From positions 116,314,001 through 116,378,000 of the forward strand of contig NC_086097.1 in assembly GCF_963921235.1 (NCBI RefSeq): a stretch of DNA of 64,000 bases, in the 5' to 3' direction. This document shows positions 23,496 to 36,707 of the stretch, in pieces (position 1 is the stretch's first letter; the number at the start of each line of letters is the position of its first letter). A program made the position numbers and the translations under genes. The stretch comes from Mobula hypostoma (lineage: Eukaryota). The notes beneath the pieces were generated by a model. It searched no databases. It worked only from the letters and a program-made list of their open reading frames with translations, and was not told the origin of the DNA.

Positions 23496-25171
23496 TTTAT
23501 TCCTTCATTACAAAATGCTATTTGAATTATTTTAAAATGTTTTTGATTAGTAGAGACATTTAACAAAAGCTATTGACAGCAGCAGACTGTCTGAAGACTA
23601 TTACAACAAGGCCTCAAGATTCCCCACCGCAGTCCATTCTGCATTATACATTCAAATCATGTTGGTGCATATTTAACCTGAATCAGGTTAGTGCAAGCAC
23701 TATGATTGTGAGTCAGAGCTAAATCCAGTTCAAAAACTGAACGTTGCCTTGTAATAAATAAATAAAACTGAATGTATTAAAACAGGCAAGCTGGGAGAAA
23801 GATGTTCACATCTCACAAAGGCTTGAATTTACGTAACAAGGAGGGAGAAATGTTTTAATGAAATACAGTGGAGGTGGCTTAATACTCTCCAGTAGGCTAA
23901 TCATGATGCTCATTAACGTCTTTGAGTAACAGCCATCAGGGATAATATGGAATACATGTTTTGTTTTGTTACTAGATTAACACAAAAAAAACTGTATCTT
24001 TGATCCAACCCAATTATACTAACCATTATCTGTCCCTATCCCTCCTGAGTTTCTCCAGCATTTATGTGCTGCTCCAGATTTCCAGCATCTGCAGAATCTC
24101 TTGTGGCTCCTCCAAGGTCAGTTTACCTTTCCTGATATCTGATGCTAAAATTGAATGCCATGATCCAAATACAGTTGAACCAGCTTTACCCCTAAATAAT
24201 CCAAGTTCATGAGGTAAATAATATTCCATCTAAAGTCACAGAGGTGTAGCATAGGGAAACAGAGTAATTAGTTCTAACATACACTGTAATAGATGCCCTG
24301 CATTTAAATAGAAAACCGTCTACGCTTAGGAAAGTTCAATACTCTGTGAAGATTTCTTCACATCCATGTAGGAAATTTCTTGGTGTTATAACATATGCCA
24401 ACAAATATCCCAGACAAATGTAAGGAAGAACTGCTAGCTAATTTGGGCAAAATTATCTGAAATGTAAGATTGTACAAACTGGGAACACTAGAAGAAAATG
24501 ATCCTTTTTTTTTCAATATCAATGTTGTTAATCTTAATCAACATGCCCTATTTCCCCACCCTCTTCAAAGACAGGACCTCAGCCCCCATGAAGGTGCCAC
24601 AGTTCACTACCTCGTTACTGTTGCAGTCATGAAATAGCAGTCCACAATGGCCACTGGAGTGCAGGTATTGTCGTATATGTGTCTCACGCTCCTCTCCGCC
24701 CAACAATACATACCAATCTGCTGTATTTAAAGGAGGCGGCAAAAGACCAGGCATTTATTCCCCTGGAATTGTATCTGAAGGAGTCATGGGTAGGAGAAGG
24801 TTTAACGAGTGAATTGATGTGCCATGGAGTGAGCAGACCCTTTGTAAAGTAGAAATGGGAGAACAAAGGGAATGATTTTGATTTATTCCTTCATTACATA
24901 TTTAATGCAATTTGAATTTTTTTTAAATGTCTTTGATTAATCAAGACATTTTAAAAAAGCTATTGACAGCGGCAAATTGTCTGAAGACTATAACAACAAG
25001 GCCTCAAGATTCACCACCGCAGCCCATTCTGCATTATACATTCAAATCACGTTGGTGCAAATTGTACCTGAATCAGGTTAGTGCAAGCACTATGATTGTG
25101 AGTCAGAGCTGAAACCAGTTCATAAAATGAATGTTGCCTTGTAATAAATAAATAAAACTGGAAGTTTTAAA
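23496..25171 (+). repeat. ~285-bp direct duplication (23496-23781 and 24882-25171)
   Basis: Colinear blocks such as ACAACAAGGCCTCAAGATT and CCTGAATCAGGTTAGTGCAAGCACTATGATTGTGAGTCAGAGCT; roughly 85-90% identical by eye. Confidence 0.9.
24714..24839 (-). pseudogene. Pseudo-exon, PKD1-like pre-TM2/TM2 region
   Basis: Acceptor TTCTCCCATTTCTACTTTACAAAG and donor TTG/GTATGT. Shifting frames give HQFTR*, LLLPMT and GINAWSF, cf. recalled PKD1 SRFTRIQRATCC..LGANAVWY. Confidence 0.5.
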
Positions 25172-25724
25172 TACTTTAAATGGCAACGAAGTACCCTTTG
25201 AATATGAAAGCTGGTAGGATAGGTCAATCTCTGTCTGTTGAAGGGCGAAAGGGTCGAGCAGAATTGTAGCAGTTGTAAAATACGTGGTCACAAGACAAGC
25301 TTTCCTTATTTTTCCCCTAACGATTAAATTATTAGAGTGATAAGTCCACTGAGTACCGGGCTGAGCACTGAGTAGCCCCATCACCCAGGACGTGCCTTCT
25401 TCTCATTGCTACCATCTGGAAGGAGATACAGAAGTCTGAAGGCACACACTTAGTGATTAAGGAACAGCTTCTTCCCCTCTGCCATCAGATTCCGAATGGA
25501 CAATGAACCCATACACACTATCTCAGTATTATTTTTAAAATTTTTGCGCTACTTATTTAATTTAACTCTTTAATATACATATACTGACAGTAATTTCATT
25601 TTTTCTCTATTATTATCTATTGCATTGTACTGCTACTGCAAAGACAAGCTTCATGACATATGCCGGTGATATTAAACCTTATCTGATTCAGATTCTGAGT
25701 CTGACTGCTCTGCCAGCACTCGTC

Positions 25725-27330
25725 GATACCATTAGACAAAGGAGCAGAATTAGGCCATTCGGTCCAATAGTCTAATCTACCATTTGATCAAGTTACTTTC
25801 CTTTACACCCTCATTCTCCTGCCTTTGCCCCATAACATTTGACATCTTTACTAATCAAGAACCTATCAAACTATGCTTTAAATATACCCAATCCCTTGGC
25901 CTCCACAACCATCAGTGCCAATGAAGTCCATAGATTTGCCATCCTATGGTTGAAGGAAATTCTCCTCATCTCTGTTCCAAAGGGACACCCTTTCATTCTA
26001 AGACTGTGCTCTCTGGTCCTAACCTCTTCCATGACTGGAATCATTCTCCCTTTATCCTCACTATCTAGACCATTCAAAATCTAGTAGCTTTCATTTGGTA
26101 TCCCCTTTATTCTTCTAAACTCCAGTGAGTACAGTCCAGAGCCATCAAACTGTCCTCATAGCTTAGTCCTTTAATTCTTGGGATCATCATCATAAACTCC
26201 CTCTGGACCCTTTCCAACGACAGTGCATCCTTTCTTAGGTATGGGGCCTAGAACTGTTCACAATACTCCAAATATACAGACTTTACAGTACCAGTGATCC
26301 GGGTTCAATTCCCACCACTGTCTGTACATTCTCCCCATGACCGCATAGGTCTCCTCAGAGTGTTCCCGTTTTCTCCCACATTCAAAAGATGCACAGTTTA
26401 GGATTAGTAAATTGTGGCTCATCCTATGTTGGCACCAGATGCCTAGTGAGACTTGTGGGTTGTCCCCAGCTCATCCTTGTCTCTGTGTTGGTTGTTGATG
26501 CAAATGAAGCACGTTTTGATGTTTTGATGTGTGTGTGACAAGCAAAACTAATCTTTAATCTTATATTTAAAATGGGTTCTGACCAATACGTTATAACATG
26601 TTAGCATAACAATCTAGCTTTTATACTAACTAGTCCTTTACTACTAACTCAATCTGCAAGTTAACCTTTAGGAAGCCCTGCACTAAGACTCCCAAGACCT
26701 TTTGTCCAATTTCAGAATTTGCTGCCCATTTAGAAATTGGTCTATGTTTTGATTCCTTCTGTCAAAGACCATACACTTCTTTACACTATATTCCATCTCC
26801 CATAATTTTGCCAATTCTCCTAATCTGTCTAAGTATTTCAGAAGGCTCCCTGCTTCCTCAACACTACCAGCCCTTCCATCTATCTTGGTATCATCCACAA
26901 ACTTAGCCACAAAGCCATCAGTTGCATCATCCAGATTATTAACCCAACGTGAATAGTAGTGAACTGAACACTGACCCTTTAGGAACACCACTAGTCACTG
27001 GAAGCCACCAAGAATAGGCCCCCATTATTCCCACACTTGTCTTCTGCTAAATCTCTATCCATGCCAGAATTTTTCCTGTAGTATCATGGACTCTTATCTT
27101 CTTTAACAGCTTCTTGTGTGGCACCTTGATAAAGGCCTTCTGAAAATCCAAGTAAACAGCATCTACTGACTCTTCTTTATCTATCTTACCTGTTACTCCC
27201 TTAAAGAATCCCAACAGTTTCGTCAAGCAAGATTTCCCTTAAGAAAACCTCATCATTAATGGACTTTTACAACTTGCCAATCACTGAATGCAGGCTAACA
27301 TACCGTATAAATTCCCGTCTTTTTTCTCCT
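25725..27330 (-). mobile_element. CR1 LINE fragment with a SINE inserted at ~26275-26570
   Basis: FVAKFVDDTK..WEMEYSVKKC (26683-26991) and RTREHSLRMKG..FNHRMANLW (25871-26077). Confidence 0.85.
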
Positions 27331-28329
27331 TCTGTGATGGTATTGGGTTCAGTCTCCGTGAAGCTCCAAACTCAAAACATTTTAGGCCCCATCTGATATA
27401 GGTATCTATGGGTAGGTTCATGGTAGGGAGGTTATACTATATTCATCTACTCTTCAACAATTAACTTCCCTGTCTAATCTACAAAGGGAAGCTGCCAATA
27501 CCCACTATTTGAGGGGAGGGTCCTCTGTCACTACCAAAGAGGATATGCTTCCAGCAAACAAAGTAGTTTAAACACAATTTATTTTATTTTTAATGATATA
27601 TGCTGAAGTTTAGACAAGTACTGTAGTTCTTAATACATATTTAAAACTCATAGAGAGCTTCTGATTTATAGAAGATTTCCAAATTTCAAAGGATTTATAA
27701 ACTACTACAAGGGATTTTCAAACACTGGTATAGTTCTTGCAAACCAAAAGTACATACTAATGAGTTGCAGACAAACGGGTCATCCATTATAGATACTGAA
27801 GATTAAGAAATAAGTTTGTTTTCTCCTTTCTGTCACCACATCACTGTGTCAATTAAATTGTCATTCCTAACAATCCCCCTCCCCCTCCCCCGCCACACGA
27901 AGTGCAACAAGAACATCAGGTCGCCAAATCCCCTTGCCTTGCACAAAAAACTAACAGAAACCCAAGAACACCAGTCTCCAAATCCCCCTCCCCCCACACA
28001 AAATACCACAAGAACATGGACCCTGCACCAATTATATGTATTACCAAGCACATTCCAAGTGCTTCCATCTCCCTCCTACTGCCTCCCCACTGCATTCTGA
28101 AGTAGCCACTGCTTTCATGGTTTTACAGATCTCTCTTCCAGTTACACTCAGTTTCCACAACACTGTCCCATGCCATTCCAGGTGTAACACCTGCCAGTTT
28201 TATTTTAGACTTGGTTCACACAATACAAAGCTCTAATTGTTTTTTTCATGTAAAACATGATGCACTTGTGTTTTGTTTAATTTTATATACATTTGCTACT
28301 CGTGACTCCTTCTGGCAACTCTTGACTAG

Positions 28330-28720
28330 AAGCAGCACACAAAATGCTAGAGGAACTCAGCAGGTCAGGCAATATCTACAGAAATATATAAATCGCCAAC
28401 ATTTCAGGCCGAGACCATTCTTCAGTACTGAAAAGGAAGTGGGAAGATAGCAGAATAAAAAAGTGGGGGGGGGGGAGGAGAAGGAGGTTAGCTGGAAGAT
28501 GTTAGGTGAAGTCAGGTGGGTGGGAAAGGTCAAGGGCTGAAGAAGGAGGAACCTGATAGTAGAGGAGAAAGGGAAGGAGGAGGGGACCCAGGATAAAGTA
28601 TTGGGCAGGTGAAAGGAGGTAAAAGGTCAGAGTGGGGAATAGAAGAAGTGGGTGGGGGTAAATTTATTTACCAGAAGGGGAAATCAATTTTCATGTCACC
28701 TAGGCGCAATATAAAGTGTC
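28330..28720 (-). mobile_element. Penelope-like 3' fragment
   Basis: Same terminal sequence as 53010-53350, with a degenerate hammerhead CTGAAGA-ATGGTCTCGGCCT-GAAA on the minus strand. Confidence 0.75.
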
Positions 28721-28795
28721 TTGACTAGAAATGGGATTTCACCCTTTTTTGTTGCAGTGGCTCTCAATCAGGAGATGTACTTGGGGAAAACTTAC

Positions 28796-28950
28796 TCTTA
28801 AAAATTCATTTGTGTGTTTTCCCACTTCGATGTTTGAAAACATAACCCTGTGCTTCTGGATGGCTGCATAGATCACAACAACCATGTCCGTGTTGCTAGA
28901 AGTCACAGAACCCAGGTGAACCTGAGTCATTATGAAGCACTATCGTAATC
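28796..28950 (-). pseudogene. Pseudo-exon, PLAT-domain-like
   Basis: Acceptor CTCTGATTTCTGTCAG and donor AGA/GTAAGT. One frame reads ITIVLHNDSGSPGFCDF*QH..DL, cf. recalled PKD1 [25 protein letters not shown]. Confidence 0.45.
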
Positions 28951-29916
28951 CTGACAGAAATCAGAGCAGTGTTCTTTGCAATGAAAAGCCAGTGCTGGGA
29001 CTCAAACAGAGAAATGAACTCCTACATGCAAAGATTAGTGATCTGACAGAAGAAACAAAATGCTAATGGTCTAGTGGAGACTGCATCACTTATAACTTGG
29101 CACAAGCTTATTTTTTACGCTTTGACAGTGAGTGAAAAATGCAGGTCATAGGTTGCACAATTTGCATTGTTCTCACCCATTAACGAAGACTTGAGCGTTA
29201 CCACATTGATGGCATGTTATGTTGTGTGTACAAGTGTCAGCCACCCTGAGGTGAAGAGTGCTCTGAGCTGCCCAATCCAGTTTCTTGATGGAGAGAACAT
29301 CAACCTGACACTAGCAAAATCACATTAATGTATGCGCAAATGACTTTATATGTATTTAAAATATAAAATCGTAATTAATTATTTCAGTTCCAAGGTGGTT
29401 ATATTCATTTTTGAGTGACCACTTTGCAGAAAACATCCACTGAGTCCACGAGTAAAAATATGATCTTCCAGTTGCTAATCATATAACTCTCAGTCCAAAC
29501 TTCTAGCCCACGATCTTCTGGATAGTTTCAATAAGTTCAACATTGGCTAGAGGTAAAGCATACTAATGTGGGTATATTGTAATTATATAGACTTATAATT
29601 TCAGCATTTCAGATATTGATCATCCCTCACACTTCTACTGACCTCCTGATCCATCTTTTGCTTCGTTTCCAGAACCATTATAAACATCTTTTGTATTGAT
29701 ATTGTCCCCCGATCATTTAATACCTTCTTCCCTTCACCCCACTCCCTACTTCTAGTTTAAGATGGCAACTACTTAGCGATGGGAAACAAAACAAAGAAAA
29801 CTATGAAATACTTTACTCAAACAACAGGAATTCTGCAGATGCTGGAAATTCAAGCAACACACATCAAAGTTGCTGGTGAATGCAGCAGGCCAGGCAGCAT
29901 CTCCAGGAAGAGGTAC

Positions 29917-29952
29917 AGTCGACCTTTCAGGCCGAGACCCTTCATCAGGACT
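29917..29952 (-). ncRNA. Minimal type-I hammerhead ribozyme motif (stem III variant)
   Basis: AGUC-CUGAUGA-AGG GUCUCGG CCU-GAAA-GG-UC-GACU. Confidence 0.7.
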
Positions 29953-30289
29953 AACTGAAGAAAGAGTAGTAAGAGATTGAACATCGACTTCTCTAACTTC
30001 CGCTAATGCCCCACCTCCCCCTCGTACCCCATCTGTTATTTATTTTTATACACACATTCTTTCTCTCACTCTCCTTTTTCTTCCTCTGTACCCCTTGCCC
30101 ATCCTCTGGGTTCCCCGTCCACCTTGTCTTTCTTCCCGGACCTCCTGTCCCATGATCCTCTCGTATCCCCTTTGCCAATCACCCGTCCAGCTCTTGGCTC
30201 TATCCCTCCCCCTCCTGTCTTCTCCTATCATTTTGGATCTCCCCCTCCCCCTCCCACTTTCAAATCTCTTAATAAATCTTCCTTCAGTT

Positions 30290-30325
30290 AGTCCTGATGA
30301 ATGGTCTGGGCCTGAAACGTCGACT
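30290..30325 (+). ncRNA. Minimal type-I hammerhead ribozyme motif
   Basis: Stem I AGUC/GACU, core CUGAUGA, stem II AUGGUCUGGGCCU, GAAA, palindromic ACGU stem III, GUC cleavage triplet. Confidence 0.75.
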
Positions 30326-30999
30326 GTACCTCTTCCTAGAGATGCTGCCTGGCCTGCTGCGTTCACCAGCAACTTTGAAATACTTTACTCATAACACTTT
30401 ATTTGTAACGATCACCGCTCACAACAAAGAGGCAGGCAAAGGAGTAGGCTCGAAGCTAGCAGATCTGAGGTAGAGTCAAGGTGGGGTTGAAGCAGAGTTG
30501 AGGCGTCCCTGAGAATGAGGAAAGACCTGATGTTTGATTAATGTATGCGCTGGCCTAAATTGGAAAGGTCAGGGGTGGGCTGAATCATGGTGGTAGGGTC
30601 TAGACCCCAGAGCAGTCCAAGAGCGAGGAGCAACCCAACATTTGGACCATTTAAGCGCTGGGCCAGATTGAAAAGGTCAGGGGTCAGGACTGGAGGTGAG
30701 GGACGGGCCGGTTCTGCCCACTGCTCCATGACATTTACTTGGCTCTGTGCTGAACTGAGGCTGCGACCTTCTCTGGCTGCAGAGGTGCCTGGCTTCGTAT
30801 CTGTGGTCTTGCAATGTTTACTTGGCTCTACGCTGAGCTAAAGCCTGCTCCATCTACAGTGATGCCTGCCTTCATAAAACTTCAGTTCTGCATTCTATTT
30901 TCTTACTTTTATTGTTTGCACCATTTGTTTTTATTCCTCTCAGCACATTAGGTGTTTGACAGCTTCCTTTATTTTAATAGATTCATTTGGGTTTATTAA

Positions 31000-31780
31000 G
31001 ACATCACTAAGAGGAAAAAGCTGATTGTGGACTTCAGGAAGGGTAAGACAAAGGAACACATATCAATCCTCATAGAGAGCTCAGAAGTGGAGACAGTGAG
31101 CAGTTTCAAGTTCCTGAGTGTCAAGATCTCTGAGGACCTAACCTATAAGGAAGGCATGACAGTTCATTGGGAGTTTGAAGAGATTTGGTATGTCAACAAA
31201 TATACTCAAAAACTTCTATAGATGTACTGTGGAGAGCATTCTGATAGGCTGCATCACTGTCTGATATGGGGGGGGGGGCGCGGAGGAGGGTTTACTGCAC
31301 AGAAAGAAGCTGCAGAAGGTTGTAAATCTAGTCAGCTCCACCTTGGACACTAGCCTACAAAGTACCCAGGACATCTTCAGGGAGCAGCATCTCAGAAAGC
31401 CAGCATCTGTTATTAAGGACCTCCAGCACCCAGGGCATGCCCTTTTCTCACAGTTACCATCAGGTAGGAGGTACAGAAGCCTGAAGGCACACACTCAGTG
31501 ATTCAGTAACAGCTTCTTCCTCTCTGCCATCTGATTCCTGAATGGACTTTGAACCCTTGGACACTACCTCACTTCTTTTTTAAAATATACAGTATTTCTG
31601 TTTTTTGCACGTTCTTAATCTATTCAATATATGTATATTGTAATTGATTTACTTATTTATTTATTATTTTTTTTATTTTCTCTCTCCCTGCTAGATTATG
31701 TGTTGCATTGCACTGCTGCTGCTAAGTTAACATATTTCACGTCACATGCCGCTGATAATAAACCTCATTCTGATTCTGGT
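31000..31780 (+). mobile_element. Rex1/Babar 3' fragment
   Basis: DFRKGK..SFKFLSVKISEDL; CCATCAGGTAGGAGGTAC (PSGRRY); tail (ATTCTG)n. Confidence 0.85.
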
Positions 31781-34341
31781 AGTTGTTTTGTGGCTGGTTG
31801 TAAGGAGACAGATCTCAAGATTGTATAATGTATACATACTTTGAAAATAAATGTACTTTGAACTTTAAATAATCCAAAAATGAAATATTGTTGATGTTGA
31901 CAATCTGAAACATAAAAGAATTGCTGGAAATAATGAAGCAGCGTCTGAGTGCAAGGCATAGTTTAAGTTTTAGCTCAATATCCTATAACGAACCTTCAAT
32001 TTTGTTCATTCCTCCTAGCCTAACTTTCTTGCAGTCATATATTTAGCCCTTAACTTTTTCCATTTTGATTGAATTGAATCACTGAAATTCTCTTCACAGA
32101 TGGTACCTGATTTCTGTGTATTTTCAGCTATTTGCTTTCCTAAGTTGTAGTTTACTTTAATGATTCAATGCTCTGCTTTCCATCCTTTCACAGTATTATT
32201 TTTCTGTCTCATATCTTTCTTTGCCAATGGTAATTCCTGGTATTTTCTCCGTTACCTTCTTGAGGGCGGCATGGTAGCATAGTTGTCTACAGTGCCAGCT
32301 GTAAGATTGGTATTTGTTTCCTTTCACTGTCTATAGGGAGTCTGTACATTCTCCCTGAGACTGCACAGGACCCCGGTTTCCCCTCACATTCCAGACGTGC
32401 AGATAAGGTTTACTGTGATGTGGACATGCTATGTTGGCATTGGAAGGGTAACAACACTTGCAATTCCCACTGCTTTGAGTTAATTTGATGCATGTTTCAA
32501 TGTACATGTGACAAATGAAGCTAATCTTTAAAGAACATTTAATCTTTGAACTCAGTCATTCTTCCAACTGTCTGATCTCTCGCCTGGAGAAGCTACATCT
32601 GCCCTTGCAGATAATGACTGCAATTTGTTCACATGTGCTCATCATTTTTTTCTGAATGTGACTTCTTAGAAAATGCTTACATTGCAGTTTTTTAGGTTTA
32701 ATATGTGTGAGTGGGTGATAAATTTATCCACAGTCACTTGTGATAAGTACATATGGGACTATTAGCCACTGTTTGTATTCCAAAGCACATTCGACCAAAG
32801 TCAATGGAAGCAAATGTTGGTTAGCTCCAATAAATAAGCGACTATCCTCTTCAGTGACTAATACTGAGCTGGTCTATAAAATGACCAATTGTTTTCCACT
32901 TAACACATATCTTCATATTTTAAACTTAATCAGCATTGTGCTTGATCTTCATGTGATTGTGAATTAGAAGGTATTCTTTTTTCCCTAACCTGTTCTGCAT
33001 GTATTTGTTTGCAAAGCATAGATTGAGGCTTAATTTGTTTTGAACTAATGCAATTTGAAGATCAAATGGCAGAGGGACATATAGCACCTCGGACAGGAAG
33101 GTTTTTGGCTGTTTCATGACATGATTTATGGCTCTTCTATGATTGAACTGTTTACTTATGATATCACCTCATGTCAATAGGAGTTTGGTGACATCACAGT
33201 CTGGAACGGAGGAGTCATTGCGTAAGATCAGAAAAAGCTCTATCATGGGAACTAGCCTCTTCACCATCGAGGACATTTTCAAAAGATGATGCCTCAAAAA
33301 GGCAGCATCCATCATGCATGATATGCTCTCTTTTTATTACTACCATCAGTGAGAAGGTACAGGAGCCTGGAGATACACGCTAAACACTTTAGGAGCAGTT
33401 TCTTCCCCTCCACCATCAGATTTCAAAACAGATAATGAACCCCTGCTTGAAAACTACCTTATTATTTTTTCCTATCTTTTTGCACTACTTATTTATTGTT
33501 ATATGCATATTTCTTATTATAATTTATAGTTTTAACATAATGCTGCTGAAAAACAACACATTTCAGAACTTTATTTATTTAGAGATATATTGGGATTGAG
33601 TTTTATTTGAGCCAATAAAGACGTATAAGCAGAGTGGCCATTTTTGGAGTGGGGCTGTGTTAGATTGGTCCGGCTTTGGCTCAGGAGGCTTAGGCAAGAA
33701 CAGGTTTAAGCAAGCATAAATGCAGACTCTAAGTAAGTTTCCAGTAAGTGTTTTTTCTCTCTGTTAGTACAGAGCTGGTGTGCTAAGGATGGGTCTGGAG
33801 TTAATGGTATGTTCCTTGTGTAAGATACAGGAACTTTAGGAGACCTGCAGTCTCCGTGATAACTACGACTGCGTGCTCCTTAGAAATTGTGTTAAGGAAC
33901 TGGAGCTGCAGCTCAATGACCTTCAGCTCATATGGAAGAAGGAGGAAGTGATAGATAGAGTCTACAGTCACCACTAAACTGCAGGAGACTGGTACCTGTG
34001 TGACTGTCAGGATAGGGAAAGGGAATAGCCCGCCAGAGCAGAGTACCCCTGTGGCTGTTCCAATCAATAATAAGTATACTGCTGGTGGCAACAACGGTTT
34101 AACATGTGGCTAAGGGGTTGTTGCAGGAGCGAGGGCTTCAGACTTTTGGATCATTGGGCTCTTTTCCAGGGAAAGTAAGAACTGTACAGAAGGGATGATT
34201 TGCATCTGAACTGGAGGGGGACTAATAACCTAGTGGAAAGGTTTGGTAGTGCTGCATGGGCCGTTAGGGAACCAGAGCACCAGCACAAATAATGGCGTAT
34301 GGTGCAGAAACGTAAGAGGATTCTCATTCTGAAATGTCTAA

Positions 34342-35034
34342 AGATTAGATTAGATTAGATTATGAGGACACGCAGTCCTCTTTTATTGTCATTTAGTAAT
34401 GCATGCATTAAGAAATAATACAATGTTCCTCCAGAAAGATATCACAGAAACGCACGACAAACCAAGACTAAAAAAACTGACAAAAAACACATTATTAAAA
34501 GATATAGTTACAACAGTGCAAAGCAATACTGCAATTTGATAAGAACAGACCACGGGCACAGTAAAAAAAAGTCTCAAAGTCTCTCGAAAGTCCCATCATC
34601 TCACACAGACGGTAGAAGGAAGAGAAACTCTCTTCCTGCCATGAGCTTCCAGCGCCGCAAACTTGCTGATGCAGCACCCTGGAAACACCCGACCACAGCT
34701 GACTCTTGAGTCCGTCCAGAAACTTTGAACCTCCGACCAGCCGTCCGACACTGTGCACCAAGCACCATCTCTGCCGAGTGCTTCAACCCCGGCCCCGGCA
34801 ACAGGCAATAGGCAAAGCCGAGGATTTGGGGCCTTCCCCTCCGGAGATTCTCGATCGCACAGTAGCAGCGGCAGCAAAGCAGGCATTTCAGAAGTTTCTC
34901 CAGATATTCCTCTGTGCTTTTCATGTCCGTCTCCATCAAATCAGGATTGTGCACGCTACCTATTTAACAAATACAATATCATTTCGGAGTGGCTGCCCAG
35001 GCTGCATCGTGCCGCCATCTTCTCCTCCCCTCCC
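34342..35034 (-). mobile_element. ~695-bp non-autonomous retroposon, copy 2 (uninterrupted)
   Basis: AAGATGGCGGC at 35021-35011, 3' hairpin GAGGAC-TGCGT-GTCCTC and (TCTAA)n tail. Colinear with 3170-3601 + 7713-7975. Confidence 0.85.
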
Positions 35035-35455
35035 AACATAATGTTCTGAGCTGCATATATTTTAATGCAAGGAGTATTCTAGGAAAGGTGGATGCGTTCA
35101 GGGCATGGAGCAGCACGTGGAAATATGACATTGTAGCCATTATGATTTAGTTGCAGGAGGGGCAGGACTGGCAGCACAATGTTCCAGGGTTCCACACATG
35201 ATCAAGCAAGAGGGATTAAAAGGGGAGGGATGACGACTAGTTAGGAAAAATGTCATGGCCGTGCTCAGTCAGGATGGACTGGAGAGCTTGTCTAGTGAAG
35301 CTTTATGGGTATAAATGAAGAATAAAAAAGGTACGATCATGTTAATAGAGTTATATTATAGATCACCCAACAGGCTGGGGAAGTTAGAGGAGCAAATTTG
35401 CAGAGAGATCACAGAGTGTTGAGGTAGTGGTGATTTTAACTTTCCGCATATTGAC

Positions 35456-36707
35456 AAAAATTCTATTTAGAATCATCATGCTTAGAATAAGAAAAAAAAT
35501 TAAACCAGAGATCAGTGAAGAACAGTGCGGCTTTGTCGAAGGCAAGAAAACATCAGACGCCATTAATATTCTCAGGAATATTATCGAAAGGTCAATAGAT
35601 GTAGAACAAGACGCATACTTCTGTTTCATTGACTACACAAAAGCCTTTGCCACAGTGAAACACCAAGTCATCATGAAAATGCTTAAAGATTTTAATATCG
35701 ACGGAAAAGATCTAAGAATAATCAGGAATCTCTACTGGCAAAAAAGTGCAGCCATACAGATAGACAACAAGATTGGGTGAATATCGGTCAATAAAGTGAG
35801 GAGTCAGACAGGATTGTGTTCTATCACCAGACCTGTTCTCCCTGTACAGTGAAAACATTATGAGAACCATACAAGACCTACCTGGAATAAGTATAGGAGG
35901 ATACAATATCAACAACCTCCGCTATGCAGATGATACAGTACTGATAGCAAACAGTGAAGTAAATTTACAGAAACTAGTATCTACCATCAACACAGAGAGC
36001 AAAAGACTTAGCTTAACCTAAAATAAAAAGAAAACTGAAGTAATGGTAATATCAATGAAACCCGATATCCCAAACTATAGGATCGTATTGGGAAATGAAA
36101 TCCTGAAACAAGTTCACATCTTCAAGTACCTTGGATCATGGGTAACATCTAATGGCAAATACAAACAGACATAAAAGCAAAAATAGCAATGGCAAGAACA
36201 GCATTTGCAGAAATAAGAAACATCCTAACTGAACAAGAAAATAGCAATTGACATCCGCCTTAGAATTCTCAGCTGCTACATTCTTCCTATATTGATGTAT
36301 GGCTGCAAGTCATGGACCATCACAAATGCAATGGAAAAGAGAATCAATGCAGCAGAGGTGTGGTTCCTCAGAAGAATGCTATGCATACCGTATACAGACA
36401 GGATAACCATCGAAGAAGTTCTACAGAGGATGAAAACAAAACGTACATTACTTTAAAAAATCAGAAAACAGCAATCAAATTCTTTGGGCACATCATGTGA
36501 AGAGAGACATTAGAAGATTTAGTTACAACTGGAAAGCTGGAAGGAAAAAGAAGCAGAGGCAGACAGAGAATGAAAATGACAGATGGAATAACATCATGGT
36601 TAGAAACAGGGGAGGCAACAACTACAATTCGAAGGGTCAGGGACTGTGATAGATGGAGAGACATGATTGCCCACGCCGAACAGCAAGGCACCTGAATGAA
36701 TGAATGA
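35456..36707 (+). mobile_element. RTE-clade LINE, 5'-truncated, with 9-bp TSD
   Basis: EEQCGFVEGK, FIDYTKAF, GVRQDCVLSPDLFSLY, NNLRYADD, FFGHIM and GKRSRGRQR motifs. (TGAA)n tail. CATATTGAC at 35447-35455 and 36708-36716. Confidence 0.92.

Larger units (their letters stand above)
29820..30378 (+). mobile_element. Penelope-like insertion with inverted terminal copy and target-site duplication
   Basis: Inverted arms ~29864-29980 and ~30260-30378. The sense part begins at the ORF C-terminus NIDFSNFR*. Flanking direct repeat TGAAATACTTTACTCA at 29804-29819 and 30376-30391. Confidence 0.9.

Noticed and set aside
24548..24754. 68-aa ORF with Cys/His residues as a stand-alone gene
   Set aside because: It overlaps the candidate donor at 24713 and is probably intron read-through; no known motif.
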